Source: Epithemia pelagica (lineage: Eukaryota; Protista; Bacillariophyta). Taken from it: 64,000 nt of DNA. The notes under the pieces are model-generated. The model was not told the origin of the DNA. It saw only the letters and a list, made by a program, of their open reading frames with translations, and ran no database searches. The translations under genes and the position numbers were made by a program. The stretch is taken from the NCBI GenBank assembly GCA_946965045.2, contig OX337233.1:496001-560000 (forward strand). Reading direction: 5' to 3'. Shown here piece by piece: positions 32,126 through 45,975 of this stretch (position 1 is its first letter; each line of letters opens with the position of its first letter).

Positions 32126-34653
32126 CTACGACGACGTGGTCTTGGAATCCTTCAGTGTCAACTGTTCGGAGAGTGCTTCGAGGGCAACCATAGCCTGAGG
32201 CCTATATGTGGAAGTTGTTCGAAGAGAGTTACTACATGTCAGCGAGCTCTTCGGTCCAACCTTCACGAAGGAGTGCGACCCATGAACTTCCCAAATGTCC
32301 ACATCCTCTGTCAACCGTGCGAGTGCATCAGAAATACCGAACGAGTCGTTCGAAGGAATTCGAACCACAGCTTGGACAAGGTTACCCTCGGCTACTTTTG
32401 CATACTTGGTCTCCGAAAACCTAAGATCGCCGTCGTCGCTATTGGTTTTGGACCCATAAACCACCAGAAGACAAAGACCCTTCGTAACTTTCCCCGCCTT
32501 TGCTTTTTTCTCCATCTCACTGCAGAGGTTTTGAGCATCTTGAGGCGAAAAATAAAGCGTTGATTTGATGGATATGAAAAGAGGAGCGTATTGTTTACAT
32601 CCGACATTATAAAGGACCGAAACTGCATCAATCAGTGGACAGCCAGAAAAGGTGAAAAAAGCAGTCCCTGACCTGTAAAGATGGCCAAGGAACGATTGAT
32701 CGGCAAAACACGTCCAGTTCGTCCCATAATTCCGCAGATAGTTACGACAAAACTGCCAACAGCTTAGACGGACAGAATTCGCTTTCTTCGTAACCTCTGC
32801 CTCCTTATTTTGGAGGTAGGAGCTCTGTTTCTGCCTTTTCGGAGAGGCACGGTCGACCATTGTCTCTTCGTCGTTCCCCCCACTGATGACAAACGATGCC
32901 CAGCTTCCCAGGGGAACCGAAATTGATTTGAGCTCTGGAACTGGAAGATCCTCCTTTGCTCGCACTTTGTCGGCACAAAAGAGTAGGTAAAGTGCCACCA
33001 TAACTTCACCAAAATCGCCCTTTTCTGGTCGACACAAACCACTTGAATATAGTTCCTTCGCCTTGCATGTCCAAAAGGTGGGACACTTGCCACGGTACTC
33101 GGCGAGATTCCACTCGGACGTCATCATTCCGGCTGCCAATCTGGCACAGACTGGATCCGTCGGATAAACGAATTTGGCTGCGTCGTCTGTTAAGTCCACT
33201 AAATTGGCGTAACCCTTTGCGACAAGATCCGAGACCACGGCTGTGCTGGTACTGCCCATTTGAACCCGGGTACCAAGTATGCTCAAACAGGAAAGTCGAT
33301 CTTTCATCCAATCATTCGGTCCGGATTGAAGCACCATACGACGTAGAATCCTGGGCAATTTATCTTCCAGATCACTGTTTGTTTGCATAATGGAGAACAA
33401 AGGGCGACCATAAGCAACAGCGTTCTTGTATTCCATTTGGAAATTGTTTTCTTCTTCATCGCCACAGACAGGCAGCTGGCAACCGATCGTGGTGAACGTA
33501 GTAAAGGGAGAAAATGTCCTCGAGCCTTTTTCATAAAACTTTCGTGGGGCATTTTGCATCAGACGCGAATCCGACACCGGTGTAATCGACGTATCGGAAT
33601 CAACCTTATAGTTTTCAAGAGCAGAAGAAGTTCCGGTGAAGACCGCCACATACCGGATAACTTTTCGTATTTGCCTCAACCACAATCGAATGCAACGGAA
33701 TTTAAACGCCTCTATCCAATATTCATTTTCAAGCAAAAGATGTGCTTCGTCGAACATCAAGACACGGGTAGTGTTGCTCCGGTCGTCATTCTTCCATTTG
33801 AGCTTTTGGTCCACCATTTCGTCCAGAAATTCATAGATTGACTCCGCATTCGTTTTCCGCAAAATCTCCATGTCTTCTTGTTCTTGACTTGCCGACAAAC
33901 TCACGGAAAATGTCCAGTCAAAGATGCCCTTTTCGGCGGCTTCCAACTTAATTGGACCCGATAAGATGGTCTTCGCTTCGTAACATCGAGTATTGTCATC
34001 GGCTGAACAAGTCGAGTTTCTGTACTCGTGCAAGAGTCTTGTCTTGCCCATGCCACTGGATTGAATCATGCAGAAGTAAGGCGCAACATAAGTGTTGGGT
34101 CCCGAGCGCCGAAATCATCATAATAGTTGTTGTCCGTTTCGATAACCTTCTTGGTGAACAGCTGCAGGTCGTATTGGTGCGATAGGTCGCTGTCCTTAAT
34201 TTTGTATCCAATGGTCACTGGTCGATCCACGACATTGTCCTGGACGGTGACTGTACTACGAAGCGATTCATACAAACTTTGTATTTTTGCAGGGTCAGGA
34301 TCAGGACCGTCCGGTACCCACAGCAAAACCTCAACTTGACTAGCATTTTTGAGACGTCCCTCGTCGATATAACCGATTATTTTCTTTGTCAAACCCGCGA
34401 TTCCGTCTTCCTCAAATCCTACGTTTTCGAGAATTTTTTTGATAAGACCTGCTTTTCCTCCTCCTTGTTCTTTACGAGTGACACCACCACCACCACCTTT
34501 CTCTTTCTCGTCGCCATCATCATCATCATTATTATTATGATTCTCATCATCTTCTTCTTCCACTGCCATTGCAACAGCACGTGAGGCCGCCGCATCAACG
34601 CCCTCGTCGTCGTCCCTTGCTGCGTCACCATCCACGTCCATGCGTTCGTCCAT
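32126..34653 (-). CDS. Crinkler-like P-loop NTPase + PD-(D/E)xK-like nuclease-fold protein, about 840 aa, with one apparent 1-nt frameshift near 34110
   Basis: YVAPYFCMIQSSGMGKT (Walker A), VLMFDEA (Walker B), VAVFTGT, GRPLF, KGDFGEVMVALYLL, LIDAV...FISIKS. The acidic N-terminal ORF 34066-34653 abuts it in a shifted frame. Confidence 0.7.
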
Positions 34654-34879
34654 CGTAATAACACTCTGAGGTGATATGGTAATCCACTAGAGAGAGAAAA
34701 TTGTGTCTGTTGGATGTTCGTCAACCACTTTCGCGCTTTGAAGAATACAGGGATTGGGTGGAGGCGGTCTCTCTCCGTTGTCGTCGTTCACTGGTAGGAG
34801 AAGCTTGCAGTAGTACATGTGTAATCTGTGTATATGTGTGTGTAGTGTGTAGGGGAGGAATGAAGAGGCGAGCTTAGTT

Positions 34880-35400
34880 TTTCATGTGAAACATTGCTAC
34901 TCATGTCAGCTTTTCATGTGAAGAAGCCGCCAATCCACGAGCCGTTGGGCTTCAATGCCACAGAGTGCACCAACGTTTTGGATCCCGTCCGCTTCTTTGT
35001 TGTATCTGTTTCAACGTTCAACGCATCGTGTCTGTTGCTCGGTTTTCGGTATCATCACGAGTTTGAATCTGTTTCAGAAGAGAAGGGGCATTCCGCGTCT
35101 CGTCACGCAAACAACCGTGGAGCTAGCTGCAAGTGATCGTTCATCCAGCCTGTCGGGGATTGGCTCGCCTACCATTGAAGACATGAAGAATACTCGAAAG
35201 GGTGTCACAGTCGGAAACGGTGGTCCAACAGTCGTACAGATGGACGGCAAGACAGTCTCGCTGTGGTTGGCAGTAAGGAGAGTAGGGGTGACAGGTTCTG
35301 AACCATGGCAACCTCTTTCAAGGGGAAACTCTCGGTTTTCTGTGATCCATGGATGAGCGCAGAGGGCAAGAGAACCTTCTTTTTTGTTTGTCATCTTCAG
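34880..35400 (-). promoter_or_regulatory. Copy of the non-coding block found upstream of the Kelch genes
   Basis: Aligns with 42770-43400 (ACATTGCTAC.CATGTCAGCTTTTCATGTGAAG; TGTCGGGGATTGG; GTGACAGGTTC.GAACCATG). Confidence 0.6.
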
Positions 35401-36939
35401 CTCACTCGTCGTTCCATAGTAGTCTAAATTCACATATGTGATTCGTGGAAAAGAACCCACCACCAAAACAAGGTGAAATTTCAATGAGACGATTCGCCGC
35501 CGATTCGCCGCCGATCCAATGCCACAATCCATTCATTCCTCATTGCCAATCATGTCTTTTTGTGCAATATGAGAAATAATTGAACCGAACGACAGTGCGA
35601 GGAACCATTACTAGGATTGTGGTGGTTGGTACTCATCGAGACAGGGCTCCGATTCGTACATCTTGTGTTGGCTTGATAAGGTGGACGAATTTGATCCATT
35701 CACGGCCTGACAAGGAGAAGTGGAGTGTCATACTTGAACTTGAACCGTCCCATTTTGGGCAATTCTTGGATAACAAGCCGTTGGTTTACCCTATGGAATG
35801 ACATGTGCAATTTGTTGGGGTGCCATTTCTGGACCATTGCGCTTGTCGTACCTGTTCACAAAAGGGCTGTACCTGCGAATGGAAGAAAGGAAGTAATCCA
35901 ATGAAATTGTCGACAAGCTTCCATGAGCCATAGGGTCGAATATAGAATCATTGGACAAATTCTGTTCCCCGACCAATGCCGTGAACAACTCTTGTTCTTG
36001 ATTCCATTCCACACCCACGCAGGAATCGTTGTGACTCGTATTAGTGTGGCGCACTATAATATGGTATATTCCGATGAATGCTTTTCGTACAGGTCAAGAG
36101 AGAGGGAGGACCAGGTACGTCCACACTGGATTCATCCATGCCCCAGTATTGGTGTAGTATTCTTGAGATTCCGCATCTATTCTTCCAAAATGGACCAAAG
36201 ACGACGACAACGACATCTCTCTAGGCTCTTGAGGACGGATCGGAACACCTGAACCAGACTATAATACCATATGATGAGACATTCGGCCGCCACATTGTCA
36301 TTGGGAAGCGGAGCACCCCCGTGCTCTGATGGCACGCAAGCCATGCGCGACCGGTTCCTAGTCGTAGCAAAAATCTATCCCCATAGAAAAGGAAGACTAT
36401 TGCGTAGCTCGTACTCCTAGGAGTAGGAGTTACACCATGACAGAGCGACGTGGAAGATTATTTGATATTCTGGAGGGAACTTGGTTGGAAGAGCCTATGG
36501 CCGTACGACTTTTGTAATAGTCTAGGAGCATCCTGTACGTTGCCAAGAGGAGATTCCATCCCAATCCATTGAGATACACAAACGTTCGAGGAAGACCACG
36601 AGAGTCTAAAAAACGTTGATATGGTGGAGCCCCAAAAGCTTCTCTTTGGACACTCATTCCATGACACACGAGTCATCCTAAAAGACTCGAAATGGTCGGC
36701 CTTGGTTCCTCTCGAGAATTATCGCTCACAAATCTCGGCATTTCCACCAAGACACATGGTCCATGTTGCTCTAGACCCACCACCCGAGCAAGCATGATTG
36801 AGGTTTTTGGGTAACTGGACGCTCCATTCCGTCCTCTTTACACGCTTCAAACACGTAGATACGAACAACCTATAGATTTGACTTTATACTTGACTATAGA
36901 GGGATGAACAATTTGTGATCGAGACACCTTGGTAGTTCT

Positions 36940-38754
36940 TCACGAAATGGACCTAGTTCTTTTCTTCTCCAGCAAACGAACCCGATCAGAAAGTTGAACC
37001 ATCATCTTCCTTTGTTCAATCATCATATCCTCCACTTGCGCAAGTCGCTCTTCGGAGCCACCGTAAACATTAGAGAGTTCATTTGTGGTACAGATGGACA
37101 CTGGTAGTGTTTCGTTTCCGGTCACCGATCCGGGTTCAAACTCAGCCTCTTCTTTCTGACACGCAAGGATCTCTTTATCACCAAAACTCTGATTCAACAT
37201 GACAGATCCGAATTCAACCTCATACTCTGCTTTTTGACCAGCAAGGCTCTTTTCATTTCCATAACTGCCATTCAACGCGAGAAGTTGTTCTAGCTCTTCA
37301 ATCTTGCGAGCAATTGGAAGACACCCCACAAAACCGTCAATACCCTGCAACTTCCCTTTCAGTCCGTCAATTGTTTCTTGAAGCTCCTGCACAGAGCGGA
37401 ACTTGTCGTCGTGATCACGAAGCCATTCCATCAAAGGCAGCAAGGTTTCCGCCTCGATGGCATCTTGCAGCGACTTAACCTTACTACGATCCCTATTTGC
37501 AAGTTGAATCTTATCGTTGAGTTTTGCGAGTGCCATGTCGAGCTCAGCACGGCAAGAATACATGCTCTGGAGATCCTGTGAAAAGAGAAGTACCAAAACG
37601 TCGTCAGAGAGGAGCATAATAATCTTCTTAACCAAATCTCTAGTCACCTACGACATCAAGACATTGTCATAGGGCAATAAACACCGTACCTTGGTGTGTT
37701 CCGGCATGCCAATCAATGAGAGCGTTTCACAGGAATCCTCACAATCCCCTCCAATGACAGCAATTCCGTCCCGACATGAAACCACACTAAGACCGATCCG
37801 CAGAACGGTCATATCAGGTAGCCTGAACACAACGTTACGCTTCGTGTCCAATATTTCAACCGACTTTACGGTTTCATCGATAATACCTCCAGTCACAATC
37901 AGACAAGTCCCGACTTTCCCAACAGCATGATGCGTTCGAGGGACAGAAAGGACAAGATCCTTGTGCACTTTCCATTTCGACGATGAAGGAATGATGAAAC
38001 TTACATCCTCATTGGTCTCTTGAGAAGCTTCAATGAAATCCAAATATTCAACAGAGTTGAATGTTGATCTTCTATTGGACCCTCCAATCGCAAAGATGCG
38101 GTGACAAACAGCAGCCATTCCACAGAAAGCTCGAGAGACCGTCATGGAAGGGCCTGCAATGACAATGTGTTGAGTTTGTACTGCCGTATCAATAATATCG
38201 GTCGAAGACATGTAGCCGCCATTGTATACACCACCGACGACCACAATAAATCGGTTATGTACCGCAACAGCTTGACATCCACTTCTTGGAGTGGACAATG
38301 TACAATTCAATGCTGTCCAATGCGTGTTGTTGTTGGTAGCACACGGTGATTTCAACAAATTCAAAAGATCAATGCGCTCTATGGAATCCATACAAAGGTC
38401 ATGACAGCATTCTCCCATTGTAGTACAGTATCCTCCCATTGCGTAGACAGAGCCATTGCAAACCACTGCTGCATGACAATCACGATTTTGATTCAGACTT
38501 GGACCTTCTGCCCACTCCTTCGTTTCCTTTTCCAAATCCATCAACAACACCGAATTTGTACCGCCCTTTGCTGTTTGTCCTCCAATAACAACGACAGTCT
38601 GTTGTTCCTTGTTCTCGCCATTCACAACAACCGAAGCATGCTGATAGCGCGATCCACCCAAAAGCGGCGGCCATGAATCGGACTTCCATTGTGGCATTTC
38701 ATCTTTATTTGTGTCAGGAAAGACGAGATTGGACAATCTCACTTGCTCTTGCAT
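36940..38754 (-). CDS. Kelch + coiled-coil protein K2, 566 aa; exons 38754-37690 and 37575-36940
   Basis: Six Kelch repeats; phase-0 114-nt GT-AG intron; open frame. Confidence 0.88.
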
Positions 38755-39302
38755 GGTCTTTTGATTTATAATATTGGCAACACAAGAAAGAGTGTCGAAG
38801 AAAATGATCATCTTTTGATGTGAAAGATTGCGAGGCATGTCAGCTTTGGATGCGAAGCTCTCATCCCGGCGTGGCCTGGTCACTCCACGAACCGTGGAGA
38901 TTGGTTGTCAGAAAGTTGAAAGATGCACCAACGTTTTGGATCCCACATGTTGATTGTCAAAAAGTGCTTTTCGATCATCGGTTTCAACGATCCACGCATC
39001 GATCGTTTGTGTTCTGCTCGGTCACAAATCATCAAGAGAAAGAGCCGTGACCGTGTCTCGTCACGCGCACCACCGTTGAGCTGCGAGTGATCCCCCGTCA
39101 AGCCCGGCGTGGATCAGACATGAACACTTATACTTACAACTTACAACTTTGCGAGTGAGCGCAGAACGGTTTGAATCGTGGAGCGACCCAACCCGGCACA
39201 AGAATCTATCGAACGCTTTCTTTTGGAGTTTGTGTCAACACAATAGCAAATCCAACAAACAACAACACAACCAGCACGCCATGCTCCAAAGGATATCATG
39301 CC

Positions 39303-40678
39303 ATGAATGAGGATTATCATCATCCGCAGCAGCAGGATGATGTGAGAGAGCAAGCGAAACTGTCCGGTCTCGCCTTTCTCGGCTCATCATCATCATCACA
39401 ACAACAACAATCGCAACCGCACTGGCAGACCGATCCCAATCAATGGCCTCCCCTTGTGGGTGGATGGCGCTATGGTCATGCATCGGTTGTTGTAAAGGCA
39501 CCATACAATCCTCAACACGACAAACTGGTGGTGGTCATGGGTGGCCATCAAGTCAATGACTATGCCACCAATACGGTGATACTGTTGCCTTGTTGGCAGA
39601 CTTCAACTCGACACGAATGGAAACAGGGACCCAACATGACGGTCCCTAGACGAGAATTGGCTGCCGTCGTCTGTCGTGATCACGTCTATGTTCTAGGCGG
39701 CATTTCTCATGGGTTTGTCACATGGGATACCATTGAGCGCATTTCCATTGCCGACTTGATAATGTGGGCAACAATAATTACAACTACTACTACTACTACT
39801 GCCCTTCCAACAGACCCAAACAAATTCGCCGCCAGCAAAAAGACGGCCACTTGGGAAACATTACAATGTCGCTTGATGGAGGCCCGATACGGATGTGCTG
39901 CGACCACGGTCCAGGATCGATATATTGTGGTCGTGGGGGGACGCCAGAAATCGGGAGGACTCGTGTCGTCCGTGGAAGTTCTAGATACTGCCGCAGAAAG
40001 GGTATTCCAGGGACCACCCCTGACGGTGCGACGGCTTCAATTGGGACTCGCCGTTGTGGGGTCCCGTCTCTATGCCGTGGGTGGAAGACGTAGTCTCGCA
40101 CCAACGAATGACAGCTTGTTGCAGTCCATCGAGTATTGGGACTTTGACGACCACAAGTTCGGTTTCAAGAAGGCAGCCACAAAAACGACAACAAGCAACC
40201 CAAGGAGACTCATTCATCCACAACTGCAGATGCGAATTCCTCCTCCGACAGTTGGAGGATCCACCCAACCCTGGCCTTGACCCAACCTCGATACGATCAT
40301 GCTGTGGTAAAAGTAGGATCTTGTCTCCTTGTCTCGGGAGGATGTCAGGATTGGAGAATTTGGAAATCACATTCGGTCGAAGTTATTGATAGCCAGCGCC
40401 ACACGGTATGGACCGGGCCCAGCTTGACATGTGGGCGATCCCAACATGGCATGGTCGTCCTTTCCTCTTCTTGTACTTCCAACGACAATTGTGATGGTCA
40501 AGGTGGTATTTTGTGTCTTTCGGGATGGGGTCAAGATTCGTGTGAGTACTTGCCCTTGACCGACAAGAATACAGCCGTCTTTCAACAATTGCTGCAACAA
40601 CAACTACCATCATCGCATCGTTCATCGCTTGGTTCTCTGTTTAGGTGGAGTGGGGTGATTCCAGCACCGCCCAATTAG
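39303..40678 (+). CDS. Kelch type-B protein (KB2), divergent from K2, with one apparent 1-nt frameshift near 40156
   Basis: Kelch repeats in ORF 39171-40280. A third frame from about 40157 reads VRFQEG...SWRIHPTLALTQPRYDHAVVKVG and continues into ORF 40277-40678. Confidence 0.7.
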
Positions 40679-40993
40679 AATGGACGCTCTGTCTCATCCC
40701 CAAGAAGGTAGATACATGAATTCGGAAGGACGATTCTTTGCGCAATACGAAGTATTCTGGTGTGTGTTTTCCTTTTTGGTTTCACATTCATCTACAGTAT
40801 GCCTCCTATGCAAGAATCGGTGCATGTACACAGGTGTTGATTGGAGGTCGAATATGTTCCTTACGTGTGATAGATGGTGTATGGACGGAGGCACCACTGA
40901 TTGTACGTTTTTCTAACGGTTGCATAATTACTTATGATCGTAGTCCCTGCACCAAACATCCCATCACACCTAGTCCTTTATCATGACATGGAC

Positions 40994-42710
40994 CTAGTTC
41001 GTTTTCTCAAGCAAACCAGCCCGATTAGAAAGTTGAGCAATCATGTTCCTTTGTTCATTCATCGTATCTTCCACTTTCTTCCTTACTTCAATCGTAATAT
41101 CCTCCAGTTCCATGAATCGCTCTTCGGCGCCGTCGCAACCATGCGATAGCTCATCAGTGGTACGGCTTGGTACAGGTAGTGTTTCGTTTTTCTTTCACCG
41201 ATTCGGTTTTAACCTCAACCTCTGCTTTCTGGTCAGCAACGTTCTCTTCATCATAAAGACTGACATTCAACTCGACAAGTTGTTCTAACTCTTCAATTTC
41301 GCGTGCAATTGGAAGACACCCTACAAAGCCGTCAATATCCTGCAACTTCCTTTTCAGTTCGTCAATAGTTCCTTGAAGCTCCTGTACAGAGCGGAACTTG
41401 TCGTCGTGATCACGCAACCATTCCAGCACCGGTAGCAAGGACTCCGCCTTGATGGCTTCTTGCAGTGCCTTTAATTTGCTGCGATCCCTACTCGCAAGTT
41501 GAATCTTACCGTTGAGTTTTTTAAGTTCCATGTCGATCTGAGCACGGCAAGAATACATGTTCTCGAGAGTCTGTAAAAAGAACCACCCGCACTGTCGTAA
41601 GAGAACAATACACGAGTCTTTGAAACCCAGTTCTCTAGTCGCTTGTGATATCAAAAGCCGTACCTTGGTGCGTTCCTGCATATCAATCAGTGCGAGCGTA
41701 TCACAGGTATCCACTCTGTGCCCTCCAATGACTACAATTCTGTCCGACAATGAAACCACACTATGAGAGTCCCGCCCCACGGTCATATCAGGTAGCTTGA
41801 ATACCACGTTGCGCTTCATGTCCAATACTTCTGCTGACTTCAAAGTATCATGCGTATCACCTCCTGTCACAATCAAACATGTCCCGACTTTCGCAACAGC
41901 ATGTTTCTTCCGAGGGACAGATAGAACCAGACCCTTGTGGACTTTCCATTTTGACGAAGAAGGAAATATTAATTTCACATCCGCATTGCTATCAGGAGAT
42001 GATTCCATGAACTCCAAGTACTCAACAGAGTTGAAATGGGCACTCCCACTGGTACCACCAATGGCAAGGATGAATTGGCCAACAACAGCCATTCCACACA
42101 CAGATCGAGGGACCGTCATGGAAGGACCTGCAATGACACTGTGTTGAGTTTGCACTGTCGTATCAATGATATCAGTCGACGACAAGTAGTTGAAAAACTT
42201 ATTTACACCACCGACGACAACGATAAATCGATTGTATATCACAGCAGCTTCACATCCGCATCTTGAAGTGGACAATGTACAATTCAATACCGTCCAAGGT
42301 TTTTTGTCGTTGGTAGTAGATGGCGATTTGTTCAAATCCAAAAGACCAATCTGCTCTATGGAATCCATATATTGACCAATACGGGATCCTCCCAAGGCGT
42401 ACACAGAGCCATTGCAAACCACTGCTGCATGTCCGACACGACGTTCATTCAGTCTTGGACCTTCCCTCCATTCCTTCGTTTCCTTGTCCAAATCCATCAA
42501 CAACACCGACTTTGTGGCACCCTTTTTTTTAAGTCCTCCAATGACAACGATGGTCTGTTGTTCCTTTTTCTCGCCATTCACAACAACCGACTTATGAGAC
42601 TGACGCCATCCACCCAAAAGCGGTGGCCATGAATCGGAGTTCCATTGTGGCATTTCATCGTTGTTTGTGTCAGGAAAGAAAAGATTGGACAATCTCGCTT
42701 GTTCTTGCAT
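40994..42710 (-). CDS. Kelch + coiled-coil protein K3; exons 42710-41664 and 41570-40994; +1 frameshift in an A-run near 41190
   Basis: Six Kelch repeats. The 93-nt intron is read through in the ORF track. The paralogue-like C-terminus (NETLPV...EQRNMIAQLS) continues in the shifted frame. Confidence 0.8.
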
Positions 42711-43863
42711 GGTCCTTGGATATAATTGGCAACACAAGAAAGAAGCGACGTAGATAGCTCAGCTTTTGGTTTGAAACATTGCTACGCATGTCAGCTTTTC
42801 ATGTGAAGCACCCATCCAAGATCGCCGGCGAAGTCACTCCACGAACCGTGGAGCTTCATTGACACACTGTGGACCAACGGTTTGGATCCCACCACATGTC
42901 CACTTCTTTGTCGTATCGGTATCCACGATCCACGCATTGTGTCGGTTGCTCGGTTTTCGATGATGGTCACAAATCATCATCACACGTGCATAAATCTAGT
43001 TCTGTGGAGTTACGTCGATCCTGTCGCGGATTGGATCGTGAAGAATACTCCAAAATAGGAAACAGTGGTCCCAAAGTAGAGTACAGATGGGCGACAAAAC
43101 AACCAGCACAAAGTGTTCTTTCTCTGGTAGGTAGGAATGAGAGAAGGAATGGCAGGTTCGGAACCATCTATGGCCAACCGTGGAGAGCTACGTCGAGTCT
43201 GTCGGGGATTGGATCGCCACAGGGTCTCACAATCGGAACCGCGGTGGTCCAAACGTAGTACGGATGCACGACAAGACACTCTTGCTGTAGTTTCGGGAGT
43301 AAAGCGAGTACGAGTGACAGGTTCGGAACCATGTTCACCTGTGTTTCAAGAAGGGGCGGACCGCACAGGGACCCTTCTTTGTTGTTTGTTGACACTAGAC
43401 GCGTTCTGGACACGCAGGACACTAGTCGCATGCGTTTGGCCGTTTGTGGAGGCATCTTCAGGACACTCTCGTAGTCCCTCGTATAGTTCAGAATCCAATG
43501 TGGGATTCGTGGCCAAGAACCCAACTACTGCAAGTTATAATTCCATTGAGACAACGTTCCAGAGTGGCGAGGCTGTCGATGAAACGATTGGCGACCGATC
43601 CCATGCCAGAAACCATTTATTCCTCCTAGTGAGAGCCAATGATGAGTCCGTCAACAATCTATATCTGTTGAAAGGCAAACTCTCTGTGACCCTTGTTCGT
43701 TGTTTGGCATTCGACCATATAGTATAGTCCGCCATGATACGTGATGCGAGGACCAGAGCCCAACAACAAGGATAGTTCAATGGAACACTTCCGTTATAGT
43801 GGCGAGGCCGCAACAAGGGCTTCCCCGATTGTTCTTGCACAGAATCATGTGTGTATTCTTCCT

Positions 43864-45975
43864 CTATGGCAACAAGACGGCATCAATCCAATGAATGACC
43901 CCCCGAAAGGCCACAACTTGAGTGTCGACGAAATTGGCGCGAGTGACGGACAAGCCTGGTTCGGTCCGGACCGTTTCCACCGCCACTTCGGCCGTGTCTT
44001 GGACAGATTGTGGAAATTGCGTCACGGACAAGATCCAATCCGTCCCCGAATCGCTGGTGAGTTGAATGGGGGTGCCTTGATTGCCAGCCACAAAACTGGT
44101 AATGCTTTCGCGAAACAAGGCACCGTCCCGATACACGTGGGTTTCCAAGACCCGCGTCAACAAAAAGTCGCCGTCTTGTTGTTCGTTCAACAAATCGTCC
44201 AAGCTATTGACATTCAAGGCTTGAAAGGCCTCATTGGTGGGTACCAAGAGTGTCACAGCGCCCGTTTCGAGATTATTCATGGTATCCAACAAGCCCGTTT
44301 GATCCAAGGCTTGAATCATCCATGACGAGGACAGTGTGGGGGTCAAAAAGGCCGTGACACCGACCGGCAAGAGGGGCAATAAGACTTGATGGATGGTATG
44401 AAGAATTCCATTAACGGCTGGTACGTCAAACGGATCAATGATTTGAGCGGGTTCCACCACACTTGTCCGAAACGGATTGCCTTGCACCACGACTGTCACG
44501 TCGGTAGTCGTCTCGTTATTATTACTGTCAGTGGTTGTTTCATTGGTCACGACAATCCGTAAGAATTGCGAATTCAAGGTATTTCGCACCACGGTGGAAT
44601 TGGAACCGTCCGTGGGCAACAAGTCGTTGCGTGTCGCAATTCGATCCAAGACATGATACAAGAGAACAAATTCCAACACTTCGACACGGTCCGTCAAGTA
44701 GGTGAGGGCCCGCGTGCCCAAGGCGCCAAAGGCCGCATCGGTCGGTGCCAACAAGGTGAGGCGTTGCAATCGATTGTTCATCAAGGTGGTCAACAAGTTG
44801 GTTTGGTCCAAGGCGGACAACAAAATGGAAAAGCCCCCGGTAAAGACCAATTGATGACCAAGAGACAGCGTCGGCACCAAGACTTGATCGACGGCATGGA
44901 CCAAACCATTGGTGGCAATGTATTCTTCGTCCCGCAAGGGCGGTGACGTTTCGCGGGGATTGTTGTTGCCCCGAATGACCAGAACTTGTGGTTCGTCATT
45001 GTCATCGCCCTCTAATTGCACTTGCAAGCCTTGCGCTTGCAAGGTTCGCAGGGACCATTCGGGTGGATAATTGCGCAATTGCGATCGTGTGAAACGTTGG
45101 GGGAGCACATGATACAAGATGATCGACCGCCACAAATCGACTTGTTCGGGCGCTTGCAAAAAGTCCCAAACGTCGGGTCGTATCGCGGCAAAGGCTTGAT
45201 CCGTGGGAGCAAACAGGGTAAATTCCTGATCCGAGCAACTCCACCAAGTCTAGGTCTTGGAGAACTTGATACAAGATGGTAAATTCTTGGAGGGCGACCG
45301 TGGCCGCCACGGCCGTGGCCGCCACGGGCAAGCGGGGCAGTAGGACTTGATGGACGTCATGAATCAAGCCATTCGAGGCCACTTGATTGGCTTGTACGAC
45401 TTGGGGCGGATGTTCGACATTGGAATTGGCGAGTCCCCACAACAAGACGACCAAGTCGTAGTCGCTGTTCTTGGGTGCATCGTCGACCAAGACGAGCATG
45501 GTTTGATTGGACAAGAGTAACGTATCGAGGGGCGTCAAGGACCAGGCTTGAGCAATCAAGTCGTCTCGCGTGACAATTCCCTGCACGACATGATACAGAA
45601 GGACCCGACGCATCATGTCCGTGTTCTCGGGCGCATCGTCAACCAAGACGAGAATCGTTGGATTGGACAGGAGTAACGTATCGAGGGGCGTGAGGGACCA
45701 GGCTTGAGCAATCCAATCGTCTCGCGTGACAATTCCTTGAAGGACATGATACCAGAGGACCCGATCGGTGGTGGTTTGCAAAAACTCGAGTTGATACGTG
45801 AACAAGGATTGATTCCAAGCGGCATTGGTGGGGGCCAGCAAGGTCAACAACTCTGCAATAGTAGTATCATTGAGGGCCGTCCACACACGTTGTGGTGTGC
45901 CACAAGGCTTTTGTTCCAATAGGGAATATCGTTGGGGATGCTGGGGAATGAATAGAGCAAGGATGGTGTCGACTC
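43864..45975 (-). pseudogene. 5'-truncated inverted copy of the multi-FAS1 gene (domains 2-5)
   Basis: Highly similar to 49293-51260. Has a 156-bp internal tandem duplication and a 20-bp frameshifting deletion at about 45234. Confidence 0.85.
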
